A stretch of DNA of 56,975 nucleotides from Coriobacteriia bacterium (GTDB lineage: Bacteria; Actinomycetota; Coriobacteriia; Anaerosomatales; SLCP01): NCBI GenBank assembly GCA_007125735.1, contig SLCP01000013.1:1-56975 (forward strand). The letters run 5' to 3'. Below, piece by piece: positions 1-8,679 of this stretch (within the stretch, counting starts at the first letter, position 1; each line of letters starts with the position of its first letter). The translations under genes and the position numbers were made by a program. The notes under the pieces are model-generated. The model had not been told where the DNA came from, did no database searches, and saw only the letters and a list, made by a program, of their open reading frames with translations.

Positions 1-378
1 ATGTTCAGCCGATTTCTCGCTTCCTATGACGCCGCCATGGCGACCGGACTCATCGCCTGCATGCTCACGCGGACCGACGCCTCACTCGACGACGTGGTCG
101 ACGGGCTCCCGCCGTTTTACAAGCGGGAGATGGGACTCGTGTGTCCTGCCAACCGCAAGGGAGCGGTCATGGGAGCGGTCTCGCGAGCGGCAGCAGGCAA
201 AGAGGTCGGCGTGAGCGAGGGCGTGTACGCGCGCGAGGACGACGGCTGGGCGCTCGTGCTCCCGCATCCCAACGAACCGCTGGTGAGGGTGTGGGCCGAG
301 GGCAACGATCCCTCCGCGCTCGACGCGATCGCGGCGCGGTGGAGCGAGGTCGTACAAACAGCCATCGACGGAGAATGA
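1..378 (+). CDS. alpha-D-phosphohexomutase family protein (PGM/PMM-like), C-terminal fragment; 5' end outside window
   Basis: ORF open from base 1, stop TGA 376-378. C-terminal domain pattern DDGWALVLPHPNEPLVRVWAEGND resembles the phosphohexomutase domain-4 loop region. Confidence 0.55.
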   Translation: MFSRFLASYDAAMATGLIACMLTRTDASLDDVVDGLPPFYKREMGLVCPANRKGAVMGAVSRAAAGKEVGVSEGVYAREDDGWALVLPHPNEPLVRVWAEGNDPSALDAIAARWSEVVQTAIDGE

Positions 379-424
379 GCGCGGCTGTTCGCACGCATCG
401 GTGACGATTCGGTGACGGCTCGCC

Positions 425-452
425 TGTCACATGGCACCCTACCTGCTACAAT
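425..452 (+). promoter_or_regulatory. candidate sigma70-type promoter (TGTCAC - 16 nt - TACAAT with TGn extended -10) for the DUF881/sbp/DUF881 genes
   Basis: TACAAT at 447-452 preceded by TGC at 444-446. A -35-like TGTCAC lies at 425-430. The element sits in the 118-nt gap before ATG 497. Confidence 0.3.
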
Positions 453-496
453 ACAGTGTTCAGTCGTAGGCCCCCGTGCACGAGAGAGTGTCCCGC

Positions 497-1228
497 ATGC
501 ATCGATCCCCGTATCGCCCCGCGCTGGTCCTCGTCGTGGGCGTACTCGGAATCCTCATAGCGACCGCGTTCAACACCACGACCCGAGCGGCCGAGGTGCG
601 GCCTCCGGGCCGTTCCGGCGACCTCGTCGACGTGGTCCGTGAGATGGAAGGCCAGCGCGAGTCGCTACAGGAGCGCCTCGGCGACCTGCGCGAGGAGGTC
701 GCGCGCCTCGAGCGTGAGGCCGCCGAGGACGCCGGCATGACCCGCTCGTTCACACAGGAGTTCGACCGGGTCCGTCTCAACGCCGGTATGGCCGAGGTCG
801 CAGGTCCGGGTGTCGAGGTGGTCCTCGGCGACGGGGCCGACGTCCCCAAAGGGGCCGACCCCAACGACTACCTCATCCACGACACCGATATCGCCGGGGT
901 CGTCAACGCGCTGTTCGTGGGCGGGGCCGAGGCGGTCGCGGTCAACGGCGAGCGCATCATAGCCACCACGCCGATACGGTGCGCCGGCACGACCATCCTC
1001 GTGAATGCGACGCGTCTCGGCAACCCGTACACCATCGTGGCGATCGGCGATCCCGAGACACTCGAGCAGGCGGTCCGCGAGGATTCGCACGGGTCGCTGC
1101 TGTTCGACGTGTACGCGAAGCAGTACGGTCTGCACGTCTCCCTCAGCCGTGTCACCGAGACGTCGGTCCCTGCGTTCAAAGGATCGATGAGACCCGTGTA
1201 CGCGACACCCGACGACGGGGGGGTGTGA
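497..1228 (+). CDS. DUF881 domain membrane protein (division-associated, YlxW/Rv1825-like)
   Basis: N-terminal TM helix ALVLVVGVLGILIATAF, then coiled coil, then DUF881 core GPGVEVVLGD...DTDIAGVVNALFVGGAEAVAVNGERI...NPYTIVAIGDPETL. ATG 497 preferred (GAGAGAG about 8 nt upstream); GTG 476 also possible. Confidence 0.8.
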   Translation: MHRSPYRPALVLVVGVLGILIATAFNTTTRAAEVRPPGRSGDLVDVVREMEGQRESLQERLGDLREEVARLEREAAEDAGMTRSFTQEFDRVRLNAGMAEVAGPGVEVVLGDGADVPKGADPNDYLIHDTDIAGVVNALFVGGAEAVAVNGERIIATTPIRCAGTTILVNATRLGNPYTIVAIGDPETLEQAVREDSHGSLLFDVYAKQYGLHVSLSRVTETSVPAFKGSMRPVYATPDDGGV

Positions 1229-1229
1229 G

Positions 1230-1574
1230 ATGCTCGTCTTGGCCCTCGCCCTCGCCCTCGGAATCACCCTCGGTCTCCTCACCAACGTGAGCGTCCCGCT
1301 TGGTATGCTGACGTATCTCGGCGTGGCGGTGCTCGCCGCCATCGACGCCTGCTTCGGCGGGGTGAAGGCGAGCCTCGAGGGCACGTTCGACGATAAGGTG
1401 TTCATCTCCGGTTTCTTGACGAGCACGCTCATGGCCGCGTTCATCGTGTTCGTTGGCGACCGGATCGGCGTTCGCGAGCTCTATCTGGCTGCGGTCGTCG
1501 CCTTTGGCATGCGGATCTTCGAGAACCTCGGCAGCGTGCGCAGACTCATGTTCGCCCGATGGGGGTGGGAGTGA
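1230..1574 (+). CDS. small basic protein Sbp (DUF1290), integral membrane
   Basis: 114-aa hydrophobic protein. It starts 2 nt after the upstream stop and lies between two DUF881 genes, the conserved DUF881-sbp-DUF881 arrangement of Gram-positives. Confidence 0.75.
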   Translation: MLVLALALALGITLGLLTNVSVPLGMLTYLGVAVLAAIDACFGGVKASLEGTFDDKVFISGFLTSTLMAAFIVFVGDRIGVRELYLAAVVAFGMRIFENLGSVRRLMFARWGWE

Positions 1575-2359
1575 TGAAAGTCCACCACCTGCCTTCGCGC
1601 GAGACCTTCACGCATCTCAAGGATGCCTCGAAGAAGGGCCTCCATGCATCCGAGCGGGCGGTGGGCCGATCGGTCAACGAGGCGCGCCTCATGGCGAGTT
1701 TGGCGGTGGGACTGCTCCTCGTCGGGTTCCTGCTCGTGGCCCAGTGGCGCGGTGCGGCGACGTTCACGCGGTCGCTCGACCGCCAGTCGGACCAGAACCT
1801 CGCGATCATCATCCAAGAGATCGCCGCCGAGAACAACGCGTTGCGAGGCGAGATCGTGCGCCTGCAGATGCGACTCATGGAGACCGGGATGGAGTCCGAG
1901 GACCGTTCCCGCGTCCTCAACGAGGCGGCCAAGGAGATGCAGGCCGTGCGCCTCGTTTCCGGCCTCGACGCCGTGAGCGGACCGGGGATCGTCGTGGCCA
2001 TCAGCGACCCGGAGCGGGTGTTGCTGCCGCAGGACTTCGTGCGTCTCGTCCACGAGCTCAGGGCAGGAGGCGCCGAGGCCATCGCCGTCAACGGCACGCG
2101 CGTCTCCGCAACGAGCGGGTTCGCCGGCGGTGACGGCTCCATCATCATCAACGACGTCGTGTTCTCGCGCACCTACGAGGTCAGCGTCGTGGGCGATCCC
2201 GATAACCTGGCCCAGGCACTCGAGTTGCCGGGCGGTCTGAGATCGACGCTCCTGACCTTTCCGGGAGTGAACGTCGAGATCTCGCCTGCCGAGGAGGTAC
2301 GCGTGGCCGCAGGTCTGCACGGTGAATTCGTGTACGCGCAGAAAGTGGAGAATCCGTAA
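1574..2359 (+). CDS. DUF881 domain membrane protein (second copy)
   Basis: ATG 1574 overlaps sbp stop TGA 1572-1574. TM helix LAVGLLLVGFLLVA, coiled coil, core GPGIVVAISD...LVHELRAGGAEAIAVNGTRV...YEVSVVGDPDNL. The ORF is open from 1559. Confidence 0.8.
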   Translation: MKVHHLPSRETFTHLKDASKKGLHASERAVGRSVNEARLMASLAVGLLLVGFLLVAQWRGAATFTRSLDRQSDQNLAIIIQEIAAENNALRGEIVRLQMRLMETGMESEDRSRVLNEAAKEMQAVRLVSGLDAVSGPGIVVAISDPERVLLPQDFVRLVHELRAGGAEAIAVNGTRVSATSGFAGGDGSIIINDVVFSRTYEVSVVGDPDNLAQALELPGGLRSTLLTFPGVNVEISPAEEVRVAAGLHGEFVYAQKVENP

Positions 2360-4350
2360 TGAGCGACGTGATCGACGTGGATGCTGTCGAGATCGACGGC
2401 CGTACGCTGAGAGATGAGGGACGGCGTGCCCGCGAGGAGCGTCGGCGCGGCCGGTCGCTGCGGGCGCGACTGGCCCGCACGATGGAAGACCGCCCACGAT
2501 GGCTGCGGGTCGCGGTTTTCGCCGGTGCCTCTGTCGCCACACTCGTGATCGTCGCGGTGCTGATCGACGTCGCGGCATCGTTTGGACGCGTGCATCCTGG
2601 CGTGCGTATCGGAGAGGTGCGGGTCGGGGCTGCTTCCCCTGCATCGGCGATAGAGCGAGTCGACGGCGTGTTCGGCCCGCGGCTCGACGATCCCGTGACG
2701 GTCGCGTTCGAGGATCGTGAGTGGCTCACCGGCGCGTCAGCGCTCGGAGCGTCGCTCGAGTCCGAGACACTCGTCGCCGAGGCGATGTCGTTCGGTCGAA
2801 CGGGTCCGCTCGGCGAACGGGTCGCAACGCGGGCCCGGCTGTGGTTCACGCCCGCGGTCATCCCGGTGAGCGCGGCAATGGAGGAGAGCGCCGTCGCCGG
2901 GTTCCTCGACGAGATCGCCGAGGATGTCGAGAAGGAGCCCCGGAGCGCGGCGGTGGTCATCGAGGGAACCGACGCGCGCCTCGAACCTGCCGAACTCGGC
3001 GTCGCTCTGCGCAGGGACGCTCTCGTTGAGGGGCTTGCGGCAGGTCTTGTCGCGGAAGAGCGCACCATAGAGGCACGGGTGGAGTTCACGCCGGTGCGCA
3101 TAGCCGACGACGGTGCCGCCCAGGCGCTCGCCGACGCCCGCGCTATGCTCGATGGGCCGGTGACGGTCGTTCACGATGAGGCCGAGTGGGAGTTCAGCGC
3201 CGCGGAGATAGCCACGTGGATCTCGTTCCGCGAGGTTCCTGTAGGCAGCGGCAAAACCACTACCGGTGCAAGCGTTCCCGGATCGGCATCGGTGGATGCG
3301 ACCGCTGCTCAGGAAGCCACGGGATCGCCCGCTCCGGCCGTCGAGACATACGAGCTCGAAGCCTACATCGACTACGAGAAGGCGCGGGACCTCTTGATGT
3401 CGCGCACCGGGAGCGCCGGCAGGGACCCCGTGGACGCGCGCTTCCAGGTCGGAGGGGGTAACGTGACGATCATCCCATCGCAAGATGGGGTGGGACCGGA
3501 CATCGAGGCGCTCGTGGTCGAGCTTACGCGCGTGCTCACGACGTCTGACACGCGTGTCGCCGAGCTGAGGACCCGACGTGTCGAGCCGGAGATCACGACC
3601 GAGAAGGCCCAAGCGATGGGCATCAACGAGCGCATCGCCACGTACACGACGAGCTTCTCGGCATCCAACCGTCCGCGCGTCAACAACATCCATACGCTCG
3701 CTGCCGCGCTCGACGGCACGCTGGTACCTCCCGGCGGCGTGTTCTCGTTCAACGAGACCATCGGTCCGCGGACCGCAGCTAAGGGATACCAGGAGGCGCC
3801 GGCGATCATCGGCGGCCAGCTCGTCCCAACGCTCGGCGGGGGTATATGCCAGGTAGCCACGACCATGTTCAACACCGTGTTCGAGTCGGGCCTCACCGTG
3901 GTCGAGCGGAGGAACCACTCGTTCTACATCAGCAGCTACCCCAACGGGCGCGATGCCGCTGTGGCATGGGGTGGCGTGGACTTGAAGTTCAAGAACGACA
4001 CGTCCCAGTGGATACTTGTTGCGACTGCCTACTCCAACTCGTCGGTGACGGTGAGCCTCTACGGTACCGATCCTGGCTACACCGTCACTGCCAGTGCGGG
4101 CCCATTCACCGACATCGTCCCGTTCTCGGTCAAGGAGACGGAAGACCCCACGCTCGCGCTGGGGACGCGTATCGTCGAGGACTCGGGGGTCAACGGCAGG
4201 CGCATCGCGGTGAAGCGCACGGTCAAGAAGGGCGGCTCGGTGGTGCGCGAGGACACGTTCACCTCCGTCTACCGGCCCAAGCAGGAGGTCGTGAGGGTGG
4301 GGACGAAGGTCGATGAGTCGGTGGTGACGACCGGGACCGTTTCCCCGTAG
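2359..4350 (+). CDS. VanW family protein with C-terminal G5 domain (membrane-anchored, cell-wall associated)
   Basis: ATG overlaps the upstream TAA (TAATG). VanW core FSFNETIGPRTAAKGYQEAPAI...GGGICQVATTMFN...ERRNHSFYISSYPNGRDAAVAW. G5-like C-terminus EDSGVNGRRIAVKRTVKKGGSVVREDTFTSVYRPKQEVVRVGTK. Confidence 0.8.
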   Translation: MSDVIDVDAVEIDGRTLRDEGRRAREERRRGRSLRARLARTMEDRPRWLRVAVFAGASVATLVIVAVLIDVAASFGRVHPGVRIGEVRVGAASPASAIERVDGVFGPRLDDPVTVAFEDREWLTGASALGASLESETLVAEAMSFGRTGPLGERVATRARLWFTPAVIPVSAAMEESAVAGFLDEIAEDVEKEPRSAAVVIEGTDARLEPAELGVALRRDALVEGLAAGLVAEERTIEARVEFTPVRIADDGAAQALADARAMLDGPVTVVHDEAEWEFSAAEIATWISFREVPVGSGKTTTGASVPGSASVDATAAQEATGSPAPAVETYELEAYIDYEKARDLLMSRTGSAGRDPVDARFQVGGGNVTIIPSQDGVGPDIEALVVELTRVLTTSDTRVAELRTRRVEPEITTEKAQAMGINERIATYTTSFSASNRPRVNNIHTLAAALDGTLVPPGGVFSFNETIGPRTAAKGYQEAPAIIGGQLVPTLGGGICQVATTMFNTVFESGLTVVERRNHSFYISSYPNGRDAAVAWGGVDLKFKNDTSQWILVATAYSNSSVTVSLYGTDPGYTVTASAGPFTDIVPFSVKETEDPTLALGTRIVEDSGVNGRRIAVKRTVKKGGSVVREDTFTSVYRPKQEVVRVGTKVDESVVTTGTVSP

Positions 4351-4394
4351 TATCGGGCATCGAGCCGAGGGACTGTCGAGACGAGGGGTGAGCG

Positions 4395-5690
4395 ATGTTC
4401 CAGCCGCAGTGGGAAGCGATGTCGCGCGAGAAGCTCGAGGCGGTGCAGGTCGAACGGCTCAATGCCGTGTTGACGCGGGTGTACGAGCGCGTCCCGTTCT
4501 ACACGCGCGCATTCGATGAACATGGCGTTCGCCCCCAGGTGGCGTCGCTCGACGACGTCGGGCAGCTTCCCTTCACCGTCAAGGACGACCTGCGCTCGAA
4601 CTATCCGTACGGCATGTTCGCGGCACCACGGCGCGACATCGTCAGGGTGCATGCGTCCTCGGGCACCACGGGACAGATCACCGTCGTGGGCTACACGCAG
4701 ACCGACATCGACAACTGGGCGGACCTGATGGCTCGCACGCTCGCCTCGGCCGGCGCGACTGCTGACGACGTCGTCCAGGTCGCGTACGGCTATGGTCTGT
4801 TCACCGGTGGTCTCGGGGTGCACTACGGCGCGGAGCGTCTCGGCGCGATCACGATCCCCATTTCAGGTGGCAACACCAAGCGCCAGGTGCAGGTCTTGCA
4901 GGACTTCGGTACCACGGTTCTCGCCTGCACGCCTTCGTACTCGCTCCTCCTCGCCGAGACGGCCGAGGAGATGGGGGTCGATCTCTCTTCGCTTCCGCTG
5001 CGTGCCGGAGTGTTCGGCGCGGAGCCGTGGAGCGAGAACATGCGCGCGCAGATCGAACAGAAGCTCTCGGTCACCGCGATCGACATCTACGGCCTATCCG
5101 AGGTGCTCGGCCCGGGCGTGGCGAGCGAGTGCTCCGAGCAGCACGGACTGCACGTCAACGAGGACCACTTCTTGATCGAGATCGTCGATCCGGAGACGCT
5201 GCAACCGGTCGAGGACGGCGAGTACGGCGAGGTCGTCTTCACGACGCTCACCAAAGAAGGAATCCCGGTCATCAGGTACCGCACGCGCGATATCTCGCGC
5301 ATCATCCCCGGCGAGTGCCCGTGTGGACGGGTCTTCAGGCGTATGGAGCGGGTATCGGGCAGAAGTGACGACATGCTCATCATCCGGGGCGTGAACGTCT
5401 TCCCGAGCCAGATCGAACAGGTCTTGACCGGCATCGAAGGCGTCGCGCCGCACTATCAGGTGATCCTCGGCAGGAAGGGCTCCATGGACACGGTGGACGT
5501 GCACGTCGAGGTCGCGGCAGACACCGAGTTCGACGAGATCCGCGAGCTCGAGGAGTTGCAGCGGCGCGTGCGCTCTGAGATCCAGTCGGCGCTCGCCGTT
5601 TCGATCGGGGTCAGATTGGTGGAGCCTCGCTCGATCGAGCGGAGCGAGGGTAAGGCCCGCAGGGTCGTCGACCAGCGCGGCGACGCATAG
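4395..5690 (+). CDS. paaK: phenylacetate-CoA ligase family protein (PaaK / coenzyme F390 synthetase-like aryl-acid CoA ligase), copy 1
   Basis: 431 aa. AMP-binding motif SSGTTGQITVVGYT and typical N-terminus WEAMSREKLEAVQVERLNAVLTRVYERVPFY. SD GAGGGG upstream. Confidence 0.8.
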   Translation: MFQPQWEAMSREKLEAVQVERLNAVLTRVYERVPFYTRAFDEHGVRPQVASLDDVGQLPFTVKDDLRSNYPYGMFAAPRRDIVRVHASSGTTGQITVVGYTQTDIDNWADLMARTLASAGATADDVVQVAYGYGLFTGGLGVHYGAERLGAITIPISGGNTKRQVQVLQDFGTTVLACTPSYSLLLAETAEEMGVDLSSLPLRAGVFGAEPWSENMRAQIEQKLSVTAIDIYGLSEVLGPGVASECSEQHGLHVNEDHFLIEIVDPETLQPVEDGEYGEVVFTTLTKEGIPVIRYRTRDISRIIPGECPCGRVFRRMERVSGRSDDMLIIRGVNVFPSQIEQVLTGIEGVAPHYQVILGRKGSMDTVDVHVEVAADTEFDEIRELEELQRRVRSEIQSALAVSIGVRLVEPRSIERSEGKARRVVDQRGDA

Positions 5691-5704
5691 GAGGGGGCGC
5701 GAAG

Positions 5705-6142
5705 ATGATCGAGCAACTGTCGGTGTTTCTTGAGAACCAGCCCGGCCGGCTTGCGCAGGCGTGTCGCACGCTCGGGAACGCGGGCATCAACATGCGCGCC
5801 CTCATGGTTGCCGATACCGAGCAGTTCGGAGTGGTGCGCGTCATCTGCGACCGCCCCAACACAGCGAAGACCGTGCTGGAAGCTGCTGGGTTCGGCGTGT
5901 CGGTGACGGGCGTGTATGCCGTCGAGACGCCGGACCGTCCGGGGGGTCTTGCGGACGTGCTCGAGGCGCTCGGCACGGCCGGTCTCAACGTGGAGTACGC
6001 GTACTGCTTCCTCGAGCCGGGCGAGAACGCGGCGGTCAACGTGCTCAAGATCGACGAGGGGGACGCGCGAGACGTGCTCGAGGCGGCAGGATATCGCGTG
6101 CTGCGCCCGGAGGACCTCTACGAGCCCGACGACCCTTCCTGA
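5705..6142 (+). CDS. ACT domain-containing protein (two ACT-like repeats), copy 1
   Basis: 145 aa, LSVFLENQPGRLAQACRTLGNAGINMRAL...DRPGGLADVLEALGTAGLNVEYAY. SD GGAGGGGG upstream. It directly follows paaK, as in the second paaK/ior locus. Confidence 0.75.
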   Translation: MIEQLSVFLENQPGRLAQACRTLGNAGINMRALMVADTEQFGVVRVICDRPNTAKTVLEAAGFGVSVTGVYAVETPDRPGGLADVLEALGTAGLNVEYAYCFLEPGENAAVNVLKIDEGDARDVLEAAGYRVLRPEDLYEPDDPS

Positions 6143-6975
6143 GCAGCCGCGCTCTCCGTGCGTAGTTCGGTGGCGAGTTCGGCGATGGTGGCCCGGTCTT
6201 CCGGTGCACTCAACAACGTGATCGTGACCGAGTCGGGTTTCGCGCCGAGGACGTCGGCGACTCCGGCGGACACTCGTTCGGCGGCAACGAGCGCCCCGTC
6301 GCGCGGCGTGTGCGGGAGCACGATGAGGTAGCGCCCGTCATCGAGTCTTCCGACCTCATCCACGAGACGGATGTCGTTGCGTATGTGATTCGCGACCCCG
6401 CGCACCAACATGCGGTGGCGAGACGGCCGAAGCTCAGCCGTGAGTGCCGGGGCGATTTCGACGAGCACGACCGAGAAGGGAGAGTGGTATCGGTCGAACT
6501 GGCCGAGGACCGTCTCGAGCGCCCGGGTGATGAACTGCTGGTTGTAGACCTGGCTCCAGTCATCGACACTCGACGAGCTTTCGAGTCTGGCGAACAGGTA
6601 CTTCAGCCGCGAGCACAGCTCGCCTCCGACGATGCCGACGAGCCCGTAGGAGAGAACGCGCACTGCGAGGAGCGCGGCGATGTCGCCCGTGAGCCCCTCG
6701 CTCTCGATGACGAGTGGGATGCGCATCATGATGTAGATGAGCGATGCGAGGAGCGCGGCGATGAAGCCGCCGTTGCGACCCCAGTGGGCCGCTCCGATGA
6801 GGACGCCGAGGAGCAGGAGCTGAGCGACGATCTCCTCGATGACAACGGTGCCCTGATACGAGAAGAACAGACTGCCGGCGATCGCGGCGAACCCGACGGC
6901 TATGACGAGCTTCTCGAATCGCGCGTACGGCATCCCCATCCCCCTAACGTTGCGCTCTTGCCGGTCACTTGCCAT
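6118..6975 (-). CDS. membrane protein with degenerate GGDEF domain (GG[DE]EF replaced by DDGRY; RxxD I-site retained)
   Basis: About 4 TM helices, then the GGDEF-fold pattern FSVVLVEI...RLVDEVGRLDDGRYLIVLPHT. Start uncertain: ORF open to 6975, and ATG 6933 or 6939 are preceded by AGGGGG. 3' end overlaps the ACT gene on the opposite strand by 25 nt. Confidence 0.6.
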   Translation of the reverse strand: MASDRQERNVRGMGMPYARFEKLVIAVGFAAIAGSLFFSYQGTVVIEEIVAQLLLLGVLIGAAHWGRNGGFIAALLASLIYIMMRIPLVIESEGLTGDIAALLAVRVLSYGLVGIVGGELCSRLKYLFARLESSSSVDDWSQVYNQQFITRALETVLGQFDRYHSPFSVVLVEIAPALTAELRPSRHRMLVRGVANHIRNDIRLVDEVGRLDDGRYLIVLPHTPRDGALVAAERVSAGVADVLGAKPDSVTITLLSAPEDRATIAELATELRTESAAAQEGSSGS

Positions 6976-7303
6976 GTATCGGACAGACGACTCTCGTCCC
7001 GTCGGTATCGAAGTAGAGGAGTTGCCCGACGTCGGTCGGGCACGCCCTCACCGTGTCCCAGTTGAAGACGTAGGGAGCGAGGGCATCGATGTCGGCGGGG
7101 TCTGTTCCGTGTTCCGCACGGTACTCAGACGCGGCCGTTCGCTCCAGGAGCCGGCGGTTGTTCTCGCAGGCGACCGCGCCAGCGCGAGCGGTACTTGCCG
7201 CGTAGGTTGCGATCGCGATCAGCAGCAAGACGCCGATGATGACGAGGACCGCCGTGACTTCGACCAACGTGAAGCCTGCATCCTTGTGACGAGATCCGTA
7301 CAC
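6965..7303 (-). CDS. prepilin-type N-terminal cleavage/methylation domain protein (type IV pilin / pseudopilin-like)
   Basis: Leader MYGSRHKDAG then FTLVEVTAVLVIIGVLLLIAIATY (class III signal, G/F cleavage site, E+5). GTG 7303 has AGGAG 4 nt upstream; the ORF is open to GTG 7339. Overlaps the downstream GGDEF-like ORF by 11 nt. Confidence 0.65.
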   Translation of the reverse strand: MYGSRHKDAGFTLVEVTAVLVIIGVLLLIAIATYAASTARAGAVACENNRRLLERTAASEYRAEHGTDPADIDALAPYVFNWDTVRACPTDVGQLLYFDTDGTRVVCPIHGK

Positions 7304-7386
7304 CTGACTCCTAGCACTGCCTGCGTCGGTGTGGTTCACTGACTACCGGTATTGTCGCATACGGCGCCCTCGGACGCATACAGGAC

Positions 7387-8679
7387 ATGACGCTCTCTAC
7401 CAGCATCCGCTGCTTCATGACAGCCCTGGCGCTTGCCGCCATCGCATGCATGCCGTCATCGGTGTGGGGCGTGGCGCTGCCCACCGACACGCTCGGCGAG
7501 ACCGCGCTTTCCGACCGGCCAGCCGCCCACGCAGAACTCGCCCCTGACGTGAGCGCCCCTGCTGGGGTCCTCGTCGCACCTGATGGGCGGGTGCTTTGGT
7601 CACGACAGCCCGACGACGAGCGGGCGATGGCGAGCACGACGAAGCTCATGACCGCACTCGTCGTGCTCGAGAATGCGGACCTCGACGATAGCGTCTCGGT
7701 GAGCACGAAGGCTGCGAGCATCGGGCAGGCGTCAGCGCAACTCGTGCAGGGCAGGTCGTACGATCTGCGGACGCTCGTAGAAGCGGTGCTCGTGCGCTCG
7801 GGCAACGACGCCGCTATCGCGCTGGCCGAGCATGTGGCTGGCGACGTGGACTCGTTCGTCGAGCTGATGAACGCGACCGCATCGCGGATGGGGCTCTCGC
7901 ACACGCGCTTCTCCAACCCGCACGGGCTCGATGCTGACGGGCACTTCTCGAGCGCTCGAGATCTTGCGATCCTCGCTCGTGTCGCCATGGCCGACCCCGA
8001 GATACGCAGGATGGTCCAGCTCGAGGCGGTCACCGTCGAGGCCGCCGGTGGCCCAGTGACGCTCGAGAACTCGAACCTGCTCCTTGGCTCGTTCGACGGG
8101 GCCACGGGGGTCAAGACCGGCTTCACGCGCCAGGCGGGGTACTCGCTCGTGGCCTCCGCCGAGCGTGAAGGGATCGAGCTCGTGGCCGTCGTGCTCGGCA
8201 CCAACAGCGAGGACGCGCGTTTCGTCGATGCGCGCGAGCTGCTCGAGTGGGGGTTTGCTCACTACCGGACGGTGGAGCTTGCCGGAGCAGGTGACCGCGC
8301 TGGGGGTGTGCGGGTCGCGGACTACCTCGACGTGTCGGTAGACGCGCTCGTAGCCGAGATGCTTGCGGCTGAGGTGTTCGACGTCGACGGCGAGGTGGTC
8401 TCGCGGATCGACCTCCCGGCCGAGGTGACCGCCCCGGTTAACGCGGGGGACCGGCTCGGCACGCTGACGTTCGTGCAGGGCGACCGGCTCGTTGCGCAAG
8501 TCCCCATCGTGGCCGCCGAGGATATCGAGCGCCCCTCGGCGTTCAAGCGTTTGCAGATCGCGTTCGTGCGCGCATGGCGTGCGGTGTTCGGCGAGCCCGA
8601 GTTCGAGCCTGAGCGTGAGGACGTATCCGGCGGTCTATGGAGGCCTACGCTGTCGATTCCGTACGGGGGTCGCGCATGA
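7387..8679 (+). CDS. D-alanyl-D-alanine carboxypeptidase (serine-type, PBP5/DacB-like)
   Basis: Signal peptide, SxxK (ASTTKLM), SxN (RSGNDA), KTG (VKTGFT), and a C-terminal amphipathic segment FKRLQIAFVRAWRAVFG. Confidence 0.85.
   Translation: MTLSTSIRCFMTALALAAIACMPSSVWGVALPTDTLGETALSDRPAAHAELAPDVSAPAGVLVAPDGRVLWSRQPDDERAMASTTKLMTALVVLENADLDDSVSVSTKAASIGQASAQLVQGRSYDLRTLVEAVLVRSGNDAAIALAEHVAGDVDSFVELMNATASRMGLSHTRFSNPHGLDADGHFSSARDLAILARVAMADPEIRRMVQLEAVTVEAAGGPVTLENSNLLLGSFDGATGVKTGFTRQAGYSLVASAEREGIELVAVVLGTNSEDARFVDARELLEWGFAHYRTVELAGAGDRAGGVRVADYLDVSVDALVAEMLAAEVFDVDGEVVSRIDLPAEVTAPVNAGDRLGTLTFVQGDRLVAQVPIVAAEDIERPSAFKRLQIAFVRAWRAVFGEPEFEPEREDVSGGLWRPTLSIPYGGRA

Noticed and set aside
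8560-8675. Expected glycine riboswitch upstream of gcvT.
   Set aside because: The stretch is the coding 3' end of the carboxypeptidase gene. I see no GGAGAG / CACCG / GGGCAA-type aptamer elements. An Infernal scan would be needed for certainty.
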